This document shows positions 1 through 12,831 of a DNA stretch of 64,000 nt, one piece after another (the stretch's first letter is position 1; every line of letters begins with the position of its first letter). Origin of the DNA: a virus (Duplodnaviria; Caudoviricetes); IMG/VR virus record IMGVR_UViG_3300021426_000006, positions 39,223-103,222 of that record; one strand, 5' to 3'. The position numbers and the translations under genes are program-made. Under the pieces are notes generated by a model. It ran no database searches. It saw only the letters and a list, made by a program, of their open reading frames with translations, and was not told where the DNA came from.

Positions 1-31
1 TACCTAGTTGTCGTGTTTCGTCTAATGTCAT
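1..31 (-). CDS. 5' end of the next virion (ring/neck-like) gene, runs off the window
   Basis: ATG at 31-29 overlaps the TGA of the upstream gene (ATGA coupling); reads MTLDETRQLG. Confidence 0.6.
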   Translation of the reverse strand, partial: MTLDETRQLG

Positions 32-1191
32 GATTCAAGCCCTCTCATATTAAGTTTAGTGTTTAATCTACGTGATTCTACATTTTCTAACGCAAAAGAT
101 ACAGCAAGACTTATTAACTCTTCTGCAACAGTATCGTTACACTCAAATATATATTCTGGTTGCTATTCCGTAACATCCTCATCATTTTCATCTTCAACCT
201 AAAAGAAATAGAATGTATAACTTGAACGATCTCCTGTTTTCAAATCATTTAAGTCTTTTACAAAAGTATGCGGTTTTGTTATATAAGATAGAGATATATT
301 AGGAATAGTAGGAACATCTATTGGATCATATACAATATACATAGAATTATTCTCTATATAACATACAGGTTCTTTTACCCAAGGAATATTATAGTATGTA
401 GAAAAGAATTTTTGAGCAACGTCATGCGAAACTAATCTTACTGTCAAACCCTTTTTATCCTGACCATCTAGAGGATAAATTGTTTTCTTGTCTTCATGTT
501 TTCTATATACAATAAGCTATTCGTTTGATGTCTAAATTTGCTTTGAGTAAATTGATTCTATCCATAACAAATATTTTTTAGTACTGTCTGGTGTTTCATG
601 ATCCCATGTAGTATACGTGTAATCATCTACTACAAAACTATCTTTTATATTATATAATCCAGGATCGTCTTCACCTAAATCAATCAAGACAAAAGTATCT
701 TCATTATTATCAAAATAACCTAGCTTTACGTTAACAACATTTCCGTCAAAATCAAATTTATCACCGGCATTGATTTTCTCAAGTGGAACATAAAAAGAAG
801 CACCGTCTCCTCTATCTTCTAATGTCGTATCGTATACTCTTTCGTAAGAAATCGATGTATATTCAGGCCTCTTAAATAATTGTGCGCTTACAAAGTATAG
901 GAATCCATTTGGTAGTGTTGTAGTTACAACATTATCGGCTATCGTCGGATCTTTTGTAAGCAACCTACTTTCTGTAGTAATTAACGGTTGTATGTCTGAA
1001 ATTGCCTTTAGATCAGATTCTAAAGTAGAACGTCTAAAATTATTACCAACAACCTTTTGCGATATAAGTGCGTTGTAAGCCTTATCAAGGAATGTAGCGA
1101 CCTCGTATTCCGTTAACGATGGATATGACGAAGTAACATTTGCCTTGTCATATTCAATCATGAATTTAGTGTATATGTCTTTATGCGTCAT
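28..1191 (-). CDS. crAss-like virion ring/neck (tail stabilisation-type) protein, 387 aa, TAG=Gln
   Basis: Track ORFs 532-1191 and 199-447 are in one frame, broken only by 4 TAG codons; ends at TGA 28-30. Position downstream of the capsid gene and the EELISLAVSFALENVESRR C-terminus resemble crAss ring proteins. Confidence 0.7.
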
Positions 1192-1210
1192 ATCTCATTT
1201 GATCATAAGA

Positions 1211-1963
1211 TCACTTATTGTTTGTTTCGTTAATAATAGAAAGCTTTAGGTCTTGATTCTTCTTGTCGTCCAAATAAGCAATTGCATCGTCCAAACTATC
1301 TGCAAACATATCGCTTCCGTAAAAGTAATGTGTCTTATCTTTGCGTATAACGCCTTTGGCAATAGCCTGCTCTAATACAAATTCTGTATCCTTACGCTTA
1401 TTGTTTACCCACTTATCAAAAAATCTCTTTGGCTGTTTATCGACAAGTTCAAAAAGTGTAGATTCTACAAGTTCGTTAGACATTCTGTCAGCACTAACAC
1501 CGAATAAACGCAAACATTTGCGCATCTGTTCCAACGACAGTTTGTCGAATTCTTTGATTGCGTCTCTACGTACTTTATTTATCTTGTTAGCCTCTATAGC
1601 CTCAGCCTCACGATTTATAAGCAAATAATCTTTGCCCATAGTGAGCTTATCTAAAGAAGTAGATACACGCTTATGTCCGCTTAAGAACTTTATAATCATT
1701 GCTTGGCGAGGAATAGAGTCATCCAAAATAAGACCTCTAGATCCAACCTTTACGCAAAAATTAGTCCAAAAATCACTAGTTTTAGCTAAATGGCCCTCTT
1801 CATAACCCAAAGCCTTTTCAAAATATTTTTCATCTTCGGGGGTCAACCCGGTATAAATCGACCCAGATCTGGTAAAATACGGAGCAATGTAATCAAAACA
1901 TGCCTTGTACTTAATCAAACCAGCCCAGGGATTCTTCTTCTTAATTTTTAATTCAACTACCAT
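1211..1963 (-). CDS. conserved crAss-like protein immediately downstream of the major capsid gene
   Basis: Intact ORF; likely start MVVELKIKKKNPW at 1963, after the hairpin at 1984-2020. Confidence 0.75.
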   Translation of the reverse strand: MVVELKIKKKNPWAGLIKYKACFDYIAPYFTRSGSIYTGLTPEDEKYFEKALGYEEGHLAKTSDFWTNFCVKVGSRGLILDDSIPRQAMIIKFLSGHKRVSTSLDKLTMGKDYLLINREAEAIEANKINKVRRDAIKEFDKLSLEQMRKCLRLFGVSADRMSNELVESTLFELVDKQPKRFFDKWVNNKRKDTEFVLEQAIAKGVIRKDKTHYFYGSDMFADSLDDAIAYLDDKKNQDLKLSIINETNNK

Positions 1964-1983
1964 AATATAAATTAGTATGTTGT

Positions 1984-2020
1984 AATGCTGAACGGGGCGC
2001 ATAAGCGCCCCTCAGGCATT
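1984..2020 (-). terminator. stable hairpin after the capsid gene (terminator or processing site)
   Basis: GGGGCGC-ATAA-GCGCCCC core with flanking AATGC/GCATT pairing; no strong U-tract. Confidence 0.5.
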
Positions 2021-2042
2021 ATTTAATTTTTTGTGTTAAACA

Positions 2043-3554
2043 TTAATCTTGAGGGAGATTAGACGTTTCGCTATCATCTGCGTCGCAATACAGAATACCG
2101 CAAGACAGCGGGTTGCGAAGCATAATACCCTCTTCTCCGAGGAAGTGAACCTGATAACCATCACGGCTATTTGAACGCAGAGTATTTATACTATTTCCGT
2201 ATCCACTAGGAACAACAGAACCGCCAGTCGTCCACTGTACAAACTCACGACCCTTACGACAAACCTTAACGATGTTTGCCTGTCCATCACGCTGACCGAG
2301 GTCAACAAACAGGAATGTATACGACATCAGGGGTTTACCGGTCAGAGGATGAAGCTGACGGAACATATCCATGTTATCGAACAGAGGACAACGCTTCAGA
2401 GTCAGCTCAATACCGTTGGTCATCTTATAAGTAGTAAACTGTCCGCCAAGAGTCAGGTTCTGACCACTACCAGTAACAAATACAGTATCGATCATATTAA
2501 AGCTTGCTACCTTCTCCTTCAGGATACGGTCAAACTCGCGAATACCCATCTCACCAGTCAGAGCGATAAACTTGCGCTCGTTTGTTCCAAGCATGTTATA
2601 GCAAAGATCAAACAGATAATCTTCGAGCAGTTCTGCGGTAAGAGTAGTATAGTAACGAACGTTAGCGGGGCTAATCTGCTCGAACAGACCAGACATTGTG
2701 GGTGCGGGTCTTCCATTTGAGCCTTTAGTAAGATAAGTACCATCAGAAAGACGATTTGACTTCGAGAAAAGTAGAGCCTTTTCCTCACGCTTCTTCCACT
2801 CACGAAGAGCAATCCAATACTGATAATCAGACCACAGATAAGATGTTTTACCAGACTCGGGATCCTTCAAAGCGATAGCGAGCACTGTGCTATAAGCATC
2901 ACCGGTAATATCGTAAGACAAACGAAGAGTCTGAAGATGGTTACGCATCTTAAAAGGAGTCTGATAGTTGATGATATCTGCCTCATCACTATACTCCTCG
3001 TAAGCAGAACCCATACGGCTTACCTGACGACCAGGAAGCAGGAACTCTCCAGGGATATAAGCAGCTTGAGAACCATCAACAACATAACACTCATACACCC
3101 AAGCGTTACCGTCCTGATAAGGAGTAGCGCCAACACGAACCTGGAAACGATAGTCGTCGAATGACAGGATAGCACCTACGTTAAACCACTTCTCTTCGAG
3201 AGCGATATAAATAGGAGCACCGTTGGCACCAGGAGTAATTTGGTTAAAGTTGCTTGTATTAACTTCTACACCGTTAGACTTAGCCCAACGAATGTTTACA
3301 GCATGATCGCTGTCGATCATCACAGACCACTCAAACTCGCGGTTGTCGATAATCATAGTTTTGCCGAGACCGCCAGTAATAAGGTCAATTGCGGTAGATA
3401 CACCGTCATCTTTTGTACCAAATACCAGTGACAGAAGACCAGATACCTCATGAGGTCTTGTCAGCAGTGCATTAGAAATCATATTCTCATCTACCAGGTC
3501 CGAGAAACGACGTCCACGATACAGCTGGAGATTATTAAGTAAACTATTATTCAT
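2043..3554 (-). CDS. major capsid protein (crAss-like, HK97 fold), 503 aa
   Basis: Size, sequence character and the gene order terminase-portal-scaffold-MCP match Crassvirales; contains no TAG. Confidence 0.9.
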   Translation of the reverse strand: MNNSLLNNLQLYRGRRFSDLVDENMISNALLTRPHEVSGLLSLVFGTKDDGVSTAIDLITGGLGKTMIIDNREFEWSVMIDSDHAVNIRWAKSNGVEVNTSNFNQITPGANGAPIYIALEEKWFNVGAILSFDDYRFQVRVGATPYQDGNAWVYECYVVDGSQAAYIPGEFLLPGRQVSRMGSAYEEYSDEADIINYQTPFKMRNHLQTLRLSYDITGDAYSTVLAIALKDPESGKTSYLWSDYQYWIALREWKKREEKALLFSKSNRLSDGTYLTKGSNGRPAPTMSGLFEQISPANVRYYTTLTAELLEDYLFDLCYNMLGTNERKFIALTGEMGIREFDRILKEKVASFNMIDTVFVTGSGQNLTLGGQFTTYKMTNGIELTLKRCPLFDNMDMFRQLHPLTGKPLMSYTFLFVDLGQRDGQANIVKVCRKGREFVQWTTGGSVVPSGYGNSINTLRSNSRDGYQVHFLGEEGIMLRNPLSCGILYCDADDSETSNLPQD

Positions 3555-3567
3555 AAATTAATTAATT

Positions 3568-4734
3568 TTAAAACAGACCTGAGGCAAGATCTACAACTGA
3601 TTTTTGTTTTTCTTGATCAATATTAAATGTTGAATGGTTTTTTTGCGTATGTCTTAGAAGTTTTCTAAGCTTTTCTGCAGCAGACGTTTCTCCAGTCTTT
3701 TTAGCGTTTGAAATAAGAGCATCAGCTTTCATTGTAAAATAAGCTGATTCGATTAGGTTTTTTGAAAGATTTTTATTAAAATCCTTTTGATATTGTGACA
3801 ACCCATCGCTGTCTACTTTAAATATATATTCAAACAAAGCCTTCCTATCTTCTTTAGGAATAGAGATTCCACGAATATCTGTAAGGTTATTTATGTCATT
3901 AGAAACAGAATTAAAGAATTCTCTAGAAGCTGCTTCTTGTTGCTCTGCATATTCGCGTTGCTTTCTAGAAGCCTCTTCTTCTTCTCGCTTTCTAATTGAT
4001 TTAAGCCTTTCTAATGCGTCTTCAGATTCCTCGTAAAGCATATCGGCATCTTCGTATCTATTGATTCGTTTGTTAATTTGATCGTCCGTATACCCATCAT
4101 GCTTCAATAGTTCTCTTATTACGTTCTTCTGATTACTCTCATCTTCCATATCTATAGAATCAAGAGCTAGATCATTTTTTTGTATACTGTAAAAATCTTC
4201 AAAATTTCCGCCGTTCTTAATGTATTCGTCAAGCATCTGAACACGTTCGTCTGCATACTGCGGAACTGAATTTTGTTTTACAGCTTCTGTAAGATATTGT
4301 GTAAGATCGTCTACAGTAAGCGGTCTATCTTCATCTTTTATATCAGACATATTCCAGCCAAGAGACTCTCCAACCGCCTCAAAGAGAAGACCGATTTTCT
4401 GAGCTTCTATTAGATCAGATTCGGTCGGCGTTTCGTCATTGCCATCTTCTTCAGATTCGAGAGTCTGATTTTGTTCTACGTTGTTCATTTTGTCAAGAAC
4501 ATCCTGTGGAATGTTACTGTTGTCTTCTTTTGCTGTTTTATCTTCAACAACAGGTTCTTTTTCATTACCTTCCTCAGCTTGTGCTGGAACAGTTTCTTTA
4601 TCTTCTTCAAGCGGTGTTGTTGGAGGGAATAGGTCATCTACATTTGATATTCCATTACCCTCTTCAGCGTTGCTATAGATGTTTCCTAAAACATCTTCAA
4701 AGCCGCTTGGAATTGTATTTTTCTTTTTTGCCAT
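3568..4734 (-). CDS. acidic coiled-coil putative scaffold/structural protein (crAss gene-75-like)
   Basis: 388 aa, very D/E-rich N-terminus, helical C-terminus, directly upstream of the MCP. Confidence 0.75.
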   Translation of the reverse strand: MAKKKNTIPSGFEDVLGNIYSNAEEGNGISNVDDLFPPTTPLEEDKETVPAQAEEGNEKEPVVEDKTAKEDNSNIPQDVLDKMNNVEQNQTLESEEDGNDETPTESDLIEAQKIGLLFEAVGESLGWNMSDIKDEDRPLTVDDLTQYLTEAVKQNSVPQYADERVQMLDEYIKNGGNFEDFYSIQKNDLALDSIDMEDESNQKNVIRELLKHDGYTDDQINKRINRYEDADMLYEESEDALERLKSIRKREEEEASRKQREYAEQQEAASREFFNSVSNDINNLTDIRGISIPKEDRKALFEYIFKVDSDGLSQYQKDFNKNLSKNLIESAYFTMKADALISNAKKTGETSAAEKLRKLLRHTQKNHSTFNIDQEKQKSVVDLASGLF

Positions 4735-4766
4735 ATTGCAATATAGTTAATTAAGTTTTATTTTAT

Positions 4767-4928
4767 TCAGACTTCATTGTCTGTATTTTGTAAAAGTTTT
4801 ATAGTTTTGCATCTACGAATAAGCTCAACAAGTTCATTAGGAGATACGCTAATGGTTTTCCATACATATGTTGGGTCACACCCGCAAGTTCCACCGAGCC
4901 ACCATTCTTCTTGTATTTGTATTTTCAT
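4767..4928 (-). CDS. small hypothetical protein (53 aa)
   Basis: ATG 1 nt after the TAA of the upstream gene; MKIQIQEEWWLGGTCGCDP. Confidence 0.55.
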   Translation of the reverse strand: MKIQIQEEWWLGGTCGCDPTYVWKTISVSPNELVELIRRCKTIKLLQNTDNEV

Positions 4929-4929
4929 A

Positions 4930-6642
4930 TTACTTATTATTATGCAATCCATATCCAATACCTCCAACGACTGGCGCAGTAAGCGTTGTCGCGTTTTCAT
5001 TGAGCCATTTTGCAGCTTTTTCGTAGTCTGTTATAATATTAAAAAACCGACTCATATTATTGTCCATGTTTGACGGATCCATAAAATATTTTCCACTCGC
5101 ATAACGTAGATGAGCGGCAGTCAATGGTTCGTGTACTAGACCAAACATATCTTTTAATTGTGTACCTCTCGCGGCAAGTTCGTCGGATCCATTTTTTACA
5201 AAGTAGTCGTCCAAAGGTAAGTTGCTTAAATCAAACCCTTCTGGAGTGTTGTGTATCTTGTCAAACGCATGATGCCTTTCGTGAGACACCACTTTCCAAT
5301 ATAAATCTTCAGCTTCACTCTATGTCAATTTTCTACCTAGCTGAGCTTCTCTTGTAGAAAACAATTTTGATTTTGATATAAATATAGGTTTATCTTTAAG
5401 CGGTAGCATAAAACCAGCAGACGACGATCGAACCTACGGATCACTCAAAAACTTGATTGCACCATCCCTGTTTCCGAAAGCGTTATTTTCTAACCACTGG
5501 ATTGCTGATTCATAATCAGCAGCGTCGTCAATATTATATACCCTACCGACTCCTTCTACAAAATCTCCATTAATACGAGCACGATTGTTATGCAAGTTAA
5601 ATATTTGCTTTCCGTGAAAACCTTTATTTTCGTAAAGCATCTTTTCAATCATGTCTGCTTCTTGCCGTGTTGTAAATTTTTGTGTTATTGGATCTATTGT
5701 ATACTTTTGTGCGTTTTCCGGTATATTCGGATACACATCTGGTAATTTTGGTTTTTTGAGAATATTACCTACTTCGTATTCCGGGTGAACAGCCCGCCAT
5801 GCATCGTCACGAGCTTTCATTTTTGCGATTTCTTTGCGCACATTATCGTAATCTATAATCTTTGATTGCTTTAATGGCTATAAAAAACCTCTAACACCAG
5901 ATAAAATATCAAATTCTGGGCTGACTGTTTCGAGACCCTGGTTCATAGGTAGCCCAGTAAAGGGATTGTGTGTAGCGTTGTATTCATCTCTCCATTTAAC
6001 AGCTTGTTCCGAATTATCTATCTTTTTCGGAACATACGTGTATTTAGTTTTTCTTGGAGTTACAACAAGACCTTCGAAAGTTCTAGTCATATCGTCGTTT
6101 GCAGCCCTGAACCAACCTCCTTGACCGTCTTGGTAATATCTATATGAATCCTTACCATCATCAAATTTAGGAATTTTCCATACATTCTTTTTTGGAACAT
6201 ATCTGTCATAAACAACGCCTTTTTCTAGTCTATAGTTTTCTCTAAAATCCTAATTGTCCGGACCCCAATAGCCATATACGTCTTCCATCCATCTTGTTGG
6301 ATGACTATTTGGTTTCATGAATTCATAATTGCCAGTAGATTTATCGTATGCCACACTGTTTGCGTGCCAGGAAGGTATTTCTATGCCATACTGTCCGTAC
6401 TTTCCACTATTGCCAAGAGTATACATTCCCTGCCCAATTGCTTCGGAGAATGTTTTTGGTTTATCATTCAACTCCCAATAACGTCTCGTCCTGTAATCTC
6501 CTATTGGCTTTTGATTATCTGGAAGAGTTTGGCGGAAAGACTCAAATTCTTCATCATCAACAGGCTTACCGTTCTTATACGCAGGCAAACCTTCTTTCCA
6601 TCTCTTAAAACGCTCTCTAAATTGTGTTGGATCTCTACGCAT
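4930..6642 (-). CDS. 570-aa protein with C-terminal zincin (HExxH) metallopeptidase domain, TAG=Gln
   Basis: Four track ORFs are in frame and joined across 4 TAG codons; VVSHERHHA at about 5270-5295 and a downstream ELAAR glutamate. Confidence 0.75.
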
Positions 6643-6799
6643 ACATACCTCCTTCCATTCTATTAGATAATAAATTAGCTATTAAGTTGTGTATAAAATC
6701 ATTAGCTTCATCATGCTGTACTAAATGAAATATAGCTCTTAGAAGCTCATTGTTTTGTCTTGTAAGCTCTAAGAGCTCTTGTTCTTCATTTCTTGTCAT
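6605..6799 (-). CDS. small helical hypothetical protein
   Basis: ATG overlaps the portal TGA; MTRNEEQELLELTRQNNELL; ends at TAA 6605 in code 15 (TAG 6635 in code 11). Confidence 0.55.
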
Positions 6800-9285
6800 T
6801 TCTCTCCTGAAACTTTGTTTGCCCTAGCTGTACGTGCTTTAATCTTCTCTCTTTCAAGAGCAGCTTCATCTTTGGCTTTCTGCAATTCCATCTCGTGCTT
6901 CATACGCTCACGTTCAAGCTCAATCTTCTTATCTTCAATCTCTTTCTTTTGTTTAGCCTCGTAACGCTTAGTATATTCGTCAGACAGAATCTTACGTTGT
7001 TGTGTAGCATCTTTGGCGATCTCCATTGGATCAGGTATATTGTTTGCGTTCGCATCCTTGTCCTCAGTTCCACGATAAGCACTAATCTCAGCTACAGCAA
7101 TCTTAGTTTGATTATCAGCATCGATCTTATATCTCTCAAGATCCATCTTAGCTTCCTCAAGCATAAGTTCTTGTTCACGCTGTTCGTTCTGCATCTGTTG
7201 TAACTGTACAGCTTGCTGTTGTTCTGCTTCTTGTGCTTGCTGTTGCATTTGCTCTTGACGAGTCTGCATCTCCTGAAGCTTTTGCTTGATTATGTTAAAG
7301 TTATCGTTAGTAAGGATTTCAGCAGCTTCAAGTAGACTAGCACCATTCTACATCGCAGGTTGAATGAGTTGTTGAAGTTTTTGTATGTTCTCAAGATCTT
7401 TAGATGTATCTGTTACAAACACATCCATGTCTTCATAATAGAATTTATCAGAAATGTCTATATATGCGCGCTCTCCATTATCAAACACATACGACAGTTT
7501 TTGTTTACCTGTTTGTTCCCAAGCTCCTTTTGCTGTATTTAGAAGCATATTGAGCACATGTCGTTTGCATTGGTTGTGTGCCCAGAATAAAGGTTCTGTA
7601 ATATGTGAAGACTGTACAACTGATCGCTCCACGTTACCAACAAGTTCATTAGAACTAATTGCTCCTTGCCGCTGCTCTGTAATACCAGATATAGTACCAG
7701 CCAGTTGTTCTATCTTATCCATTAACTGAATGTACTCTGCTATTACGTTGGACATAGTAAGATCGAGAGATGTAATCTGATTAAACGTAGCAGGTTTACC
7801 TCCTTCTCGTCCAGGAACGTTCCAACCTTCTTCGTAAGGATTTATAAAGTTCACACCTACACTGGATAAGTAATGCATCCAACGATCTGGAGTTATATTC
7901 ATGGACTTTGGGATCTAAGTAATATCCATGTTTATTACTTTACCCTTATCTCTTGCAATTGCCAACTCTAAACGATACCACAGTACGATATACATGTATT
8001 GCAGTGGTTTGAGTATACTAACAAGCGATCTGGGCCTGCTGTTTGTATTGCTGTATATACAACCACAATAAGGAAGCTTTTGAGAATTTGGGTTATCTAT
8101 AGATACATGCTGGTATTCCAACGGCTGTATGCCAAAGTATAAATCAGAACCAGCTCTATATCCCTCCCACACTTCTATAATCCAATCGGGTTCTACAGAA
8201 AGCTCTGTACCAGTCTTTTTATAGCTTTCGTCTGCTATTTCTATCTAAGGCTGGCCAGCTTCATCTAGAGTAGTGACGTAATATATTTTCTTAAACGACT
8301 TCCAGCAACAATGCCATACGTTTATAGAATATCTATTCTTCTAATCAAACGCAGGATTGTCGTATATGCGCCACTGGATACCACCGCCAAAATTATCTAC
8401 AGGATCTTTTTCTCCTGCGTCATTCATTGGCACACCAGTAAGCATTTCGTTCAATTTATTAAGATCTTTTTCTGAAATTTTATTGAAATATCTATCGTAA
8501 ACCTCATATACAGGCAAACGCATCTTCCTACAACACCATGACCCGTCTTCTATGAATTCTAAGTCGGGACTCTTATCGTGTGAGAAATACATCGGGTTCA
8601 CTCTTTCTGCGTAAGGCTCGTCGTTTAGAACACCAACGTAATATACTTCCTCTCCTGCAATCAATGCATCTTTCCACGCTTTCAAAAACTCATTATCCAA
8701 ATTAAGCTTTTCTCGCAAGTATACGAGTGTATGATATGCAGTATTTTCTACAACGTCTTTATAATCGCGCTGCATGTATTTTGCAATCGCCTCTGGAGGC
8801 ATTATTTCCCCGCTTTGGAGTTGCTGCTAGAACTATTGCTGCTCCTCTGGACTCATTTTTCCAGTAATTGCAGCCATTATATACTGCATGAGGAACTCTT
8901 TCTCTTTATCCATCAATTCGGATGCAGCTTCCTGAGAAGTACGCACAACTCTAAAATTCATCGGTCTCTTTGTTTCTTCACCTATAAGAAGGTCTATCTT
9001 AGGCCGGATAATATTGAAGTCTTGCGGGCTTGCGGGAAATCCGTCTTCAACTTTAAAAGGATTTGTCACTCGTTTAAAATCCTTTTCGTCAAATATACTA
9101 TTATATAGATTATAATAAGTTTGCATTTCCCCGAATTGTGTCTTACTCAAGCCTCCAGATGCCACATTACCTTCTCCGATAATGTAGTTTACACAATCAT
9201 GCTACCATTTTTCGTTCTTTTTTGATAATGGTAGTTTCTATTGAGGAAACGTCGAATTGTATAAATTGTCTTCTACTTTAATCAT
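6796..9285 (-). CDS. portal protein, 829 aa, TAG=Gln
   Basis: Five track ORFs in one frame joined through 8 TAG codons (9238, 9202, 8833, 8827, 8341, 8245, 7915, 7348), giving FPQ(Q)KLP, EEQQ(Q)F(Q)QQLQ, AM(Q)NG; follows the terminase; C-terminal coiled coil. Confidence 0.9.
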
Positions 9286-9287
9286 TG

Positions 9288-11348
9288 TTAAAAGCTAAAT
9301 AACGGTATGTCATCGTTTACATTGTCTTTGGAAGCAAACCATTGCTAACTAAACAGTGGTAATTCGAAGAGCTCAACCTATTTGTTTTTATCTTTTGCAG
9401 CGGCCACTTTTACTTGAAACAATTCTTCTCTGTATATCATTGTCATACAAAGAGCTATCACTCGGTCTACGTTTTTTATACCGTCGTTTTCAATAAGTTC
9501 TTCTATAAGCGGTTCGCTGTATACTCTCTCTATATTAGGGTGTCCTGGCTCATATTCTTCCATCAACCATTCTAATATTAAACCTTCTCCATACGCCCTA
9601 ATAGCTTTTGTCATGTGGCAGCCTTTTCGGCGCTGCACTTTACTGTCTTTAAAGACTTCCGATATAATTTTATCTGGCTAATCTGCCAGCAAATAATCAC
9701 AGTGTTTATTTGTAAAATATGGGTATATGCCCTTTCTTTCGTTCTCAAATAACAGTCGCGCATTATAGAATATCAAAAGCTTTCTAACATTTTCATAATA
9801 TTCTTCTGCTGTATCTGGACGACCTGTGTATTCGGCTACAATTACGTCATTCCATGCTTCCCCTGCGCGTACTCTTTTAAATATAAAAGTAGATCCTAAG
9901 GAATTTGTAAATGACTCATCGTGGTCATACGGATCACAACCGCCGATGTATAAGCCGAATGGGGGGTCTGGGATAGGATATTCCCATATGACTACAGATC
10001 CGTTTGGTTTGTCATCTTTTTTTAAATGGTATGTTGTTATATCTCCTGATTTCTTTTCTGTCGCCTACACACCGCCATTTCCATCCCAACTAAGATCAAC
10101 TATGTGTTTCATGTTTTTAATCTTTGTGTTGGTACGTATTTTCGTCAATTGATCCATTAGCAACTTTCTAGGGAATATATTTTTACCCAACTCTAATACA
10201 GCTTCTTGCGGTTTTAAAGGACGTTCTGATATAAATCTATCTATAGATGTTTGTGATGCTCCTCCATCTTTAATTGTATTACGTTGGTTTATAAGTTCTT
10301 CAATAGCTTTTTCTTTTAAGCTGTTTCCAAACTTATCCATAAATATTTGGTTTCCAGCATCATCAAACGACTATAAATTGCTCCAAGCAGGCACAAAAAA
10401 TCCGCATTCTGTTTGTTCCTATCCGTCATCCCAAATATTAGGAAAACTCAAAACATTGAATGCTTTAGGGTTATAAAATATGTTTTTTAGACCGTCGAAC
10501 GATCCACCCTCAGTACCACCAGTTCCAAATAAACAAAGTAGACCGAAAGCTACACCATCGTCGGTTTCTACAGCAGGCTGCTCTATTCGCCAAGCTGTTT
10601 CTAGATTCGGGAATTTACCACCTTCTTCAAATAGTACAAGCTTGCCACGAGTACCACGAAGACGTTCTGGATCATTTTTCAAAGTAATACCTGTTATACT
10701 TGACAAATATCCTTGTTCAGTTTGTTTACCAAATTCGTCTGTAACTTTATATCCAGATACCCTTTCCAATCTAGTAGATGTCAATCTTTGTTTTGACCAA
10801 GCTGTATGCTTGTCAACAAAATCCATTATCTACCATGCTTTTGTAAGTAATCCGTCACCAACTAGAAACTTTTGTTCAGAAGCGACAGCAAAATTTTTAG
10901 ATCCAGGTATGAGTTCATAATTTCTCACCAACATAGAAGCTCCTTTGAAACTATAACCTCTCTATCTACATTTTAGAGTAGCCATATGTTTTCCTTGCTA
11001 TTCAGCTTCTTCTATTGCGTTGAAATAATAATAATCATAATCCCAAAAATCAGGAAAGTTTAATATACGTTCTCGTTTTGTACGTATATTACCATACCTA
11101 TCAGTGTACTCTTTTTCTTCAAGTTTCATGATAGGGCTGTAATTTAAATAGAAGTAATGGTAACCTGTTATAGCGTCTCCATCAGGTGCCACATATCCAT
11201 TTAAACACCTATTTGTTTCTTGCTCCCAAAATTGTATATAATCGGTAGTACCTCTGGGAGCTAATGTATAACAGCCGTGTTCTTGAAAAAATATAGCCGA
11301 CTGTCGAAACTTATCAGAAGAATAAATTTTTTTATTAAAGTCTACCAT
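9288..11348 (-). CDS. terL: terminase large subunit, 686 aa, TAG=Gln
   Basis: Joined through 9 TAG codons; Walker A LKCR(Q)RGYS with TAG at the conserved Gln (10962-10964), Walker B LVLFEEGG, FGTGG coupling motif, nuclease YIGGCDPYD. Confidence 0.92.
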
Positions 11349-11353
11349 AGCTA

Positions 11354-11923
11354 TTATGAATTATAAACAGAATTTAAACGATTCATCCAACCGGTTAACC
11401 ATTTTTTCTGTGATGGGTTTCTAGAAACAATTCCGTCGAAAAACTATTTTCTAGCGTCGTAGAGCTTTTTCTTTAACCCGTCTGCACTGTTTATAGCGGT
11501 GATTGTTTTAGGGCCAACAGAACCGTCCTAAGTAGCTCCTACGAGGCCTTGTATCTTTTTTATCATGCCTACACCAGAATGCCATACCCAATCCGCTATC
11601 ATATTTGCTACTGTTTGATCCATAATCTAATCTCCGCATACTTTATTCCAGTACATAGTATACACTATATCTTTCCATACAGAGTACTGTATATTTTTTA
11701 GATCATTAACTGTTGGAGAGGGAAGCCCCTTTTTTGTACAATATGCTTTATATGTGTTTAGTGTAACACCAACCATTGTAGCACCTCCAGTATCAGCAGG
11801 ATCATTTGACCATCCTGTTTTCTTTGCACGGTTAAATGCTGCTTCTAATGATTCTCCTGATTTAACAGTAGTACTTGCTTCCCATCTTAAAAGAATAGGA
11901 ATAAATTTATCAATTATTGCCAT
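11354..11923 (-). CDS. endolysin, glycoside hydrolase family 108 with C-terminal peptidoglycan-binding domain, 189 aa, TAG=Gln
   Basis: WE...SNDPADTGGATMVGVT motif; read-through of 3 TAG codons restores DGSVGPKTITAIN and WLTGWMNR; ends TAA. Confidence 0.85.
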
Positions 11924-11924
11924 A

Positions 11925-12443
11925 TTATCTTATTGTTTCGTATAAACCTATAGTACCACCACCTTTAACACGTCCAGCTTCAAGTTGTTCTGTCTTCGCT
12001 TGTTTCATTGCTATATCGAGTGATTTTACTATGTTACCTACATCCTTTAATATTCTAGTAACCTTTATAGCAGTATCTATGTCCATAAGACCTTTAGAAT
12101 AATCATTCAACGCTGCTATAAGTCCTTCGGCAGCCATCTGAGACGCACTTAATAATCTAGTCCCAGGAGTTTCTTGAAACTCTATAAACCTCTTACAAAG
12201 CTCTTCTACTTCTTCAGAAGGCTTATAGTTAGGATCTTTGAACACGTCTTTGGCTACAACAGAAGCTCTTTCATTTACTGGATACGCTTCGTATGGCGTA
12301 TTCCACCTGTGTAGCCAAATCACGTATTCGATCTCTTTTAGTGCCAAAGATTTATCTTTAGCAAGATTGTAATGATCTTTAAAGGGAGGTATAGCTAAAT
12401 CTTCTGTACTTAACTTAATTTTATCCCCTTGTATATCAAACAT
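11925..12443 (-). CDS. conserved crAss-like hypothetical protein (possible small terminase)
   Basis: Intact 172-aa helical ORF near terL; the function is inferred from position only. Confidence 0.6.
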   Translation of the reverse strand: MFDIQGDKIKLSTEDLAIPPFKDHYNLAKDKSLALKEIEYVIWLHRWNTPYEAYPVNERASVVAKDVFKDPNYKPSEEVEELCKRFIEFQETPGTRLLSASQMAAEGLIAALNDYSKGLMDIDTAIKVTRILKDVGNIVKSLDIAMKQAKTEQLEAGRVKGGGTIGLYETIR

Positions 12444-12831
12444 ATCTTTTTACAATTTTTGCAAACATTTTGTACATTCTTTGCACCAAATGCCCTATTA
12501 GATATGCAGCTTCTTCGCTGTATTCGTCAATACCATAAAAAGAACATACGTGCGATTGTACATGTTTTGCTTCGTGTATTACTGTGTTTACGAATTGACT
12601 AGCGTCTGTAGAAACACCTATACAAACAATACTCATTTTATATTCTGTGTTACTGAATGTAAAACCGGTGTTTTTATGTTTAAGTACTCGAAAAGCTCTT
12701 CTTATATCTTTTTCTGAGCAATTCAACTATCTTAATGAATCTTCTACTTCTACAAAATCGTCTTCGTCAACACCATAGTATACTAAAACATTCCAGCCTC
12801 TTTTACCAAGCTATATATACTGTGCAATCAT
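12436..12831 (-). CDS. small HExxH metallopeptidase-like protein, TAG=Gln
   Basis: ATG 12831, 2 TAG codons, VIHEAKHV followed by EEAAY. Confidence 0.7.

Noticed and set aside
9288-11348. Group I introns or inteins in terminase, capsid or polymerase
   Set aside because: Frames are continuous in the appropriate code, lengths are ordinary, and no intein or homing-endonuclease motifs were seen.
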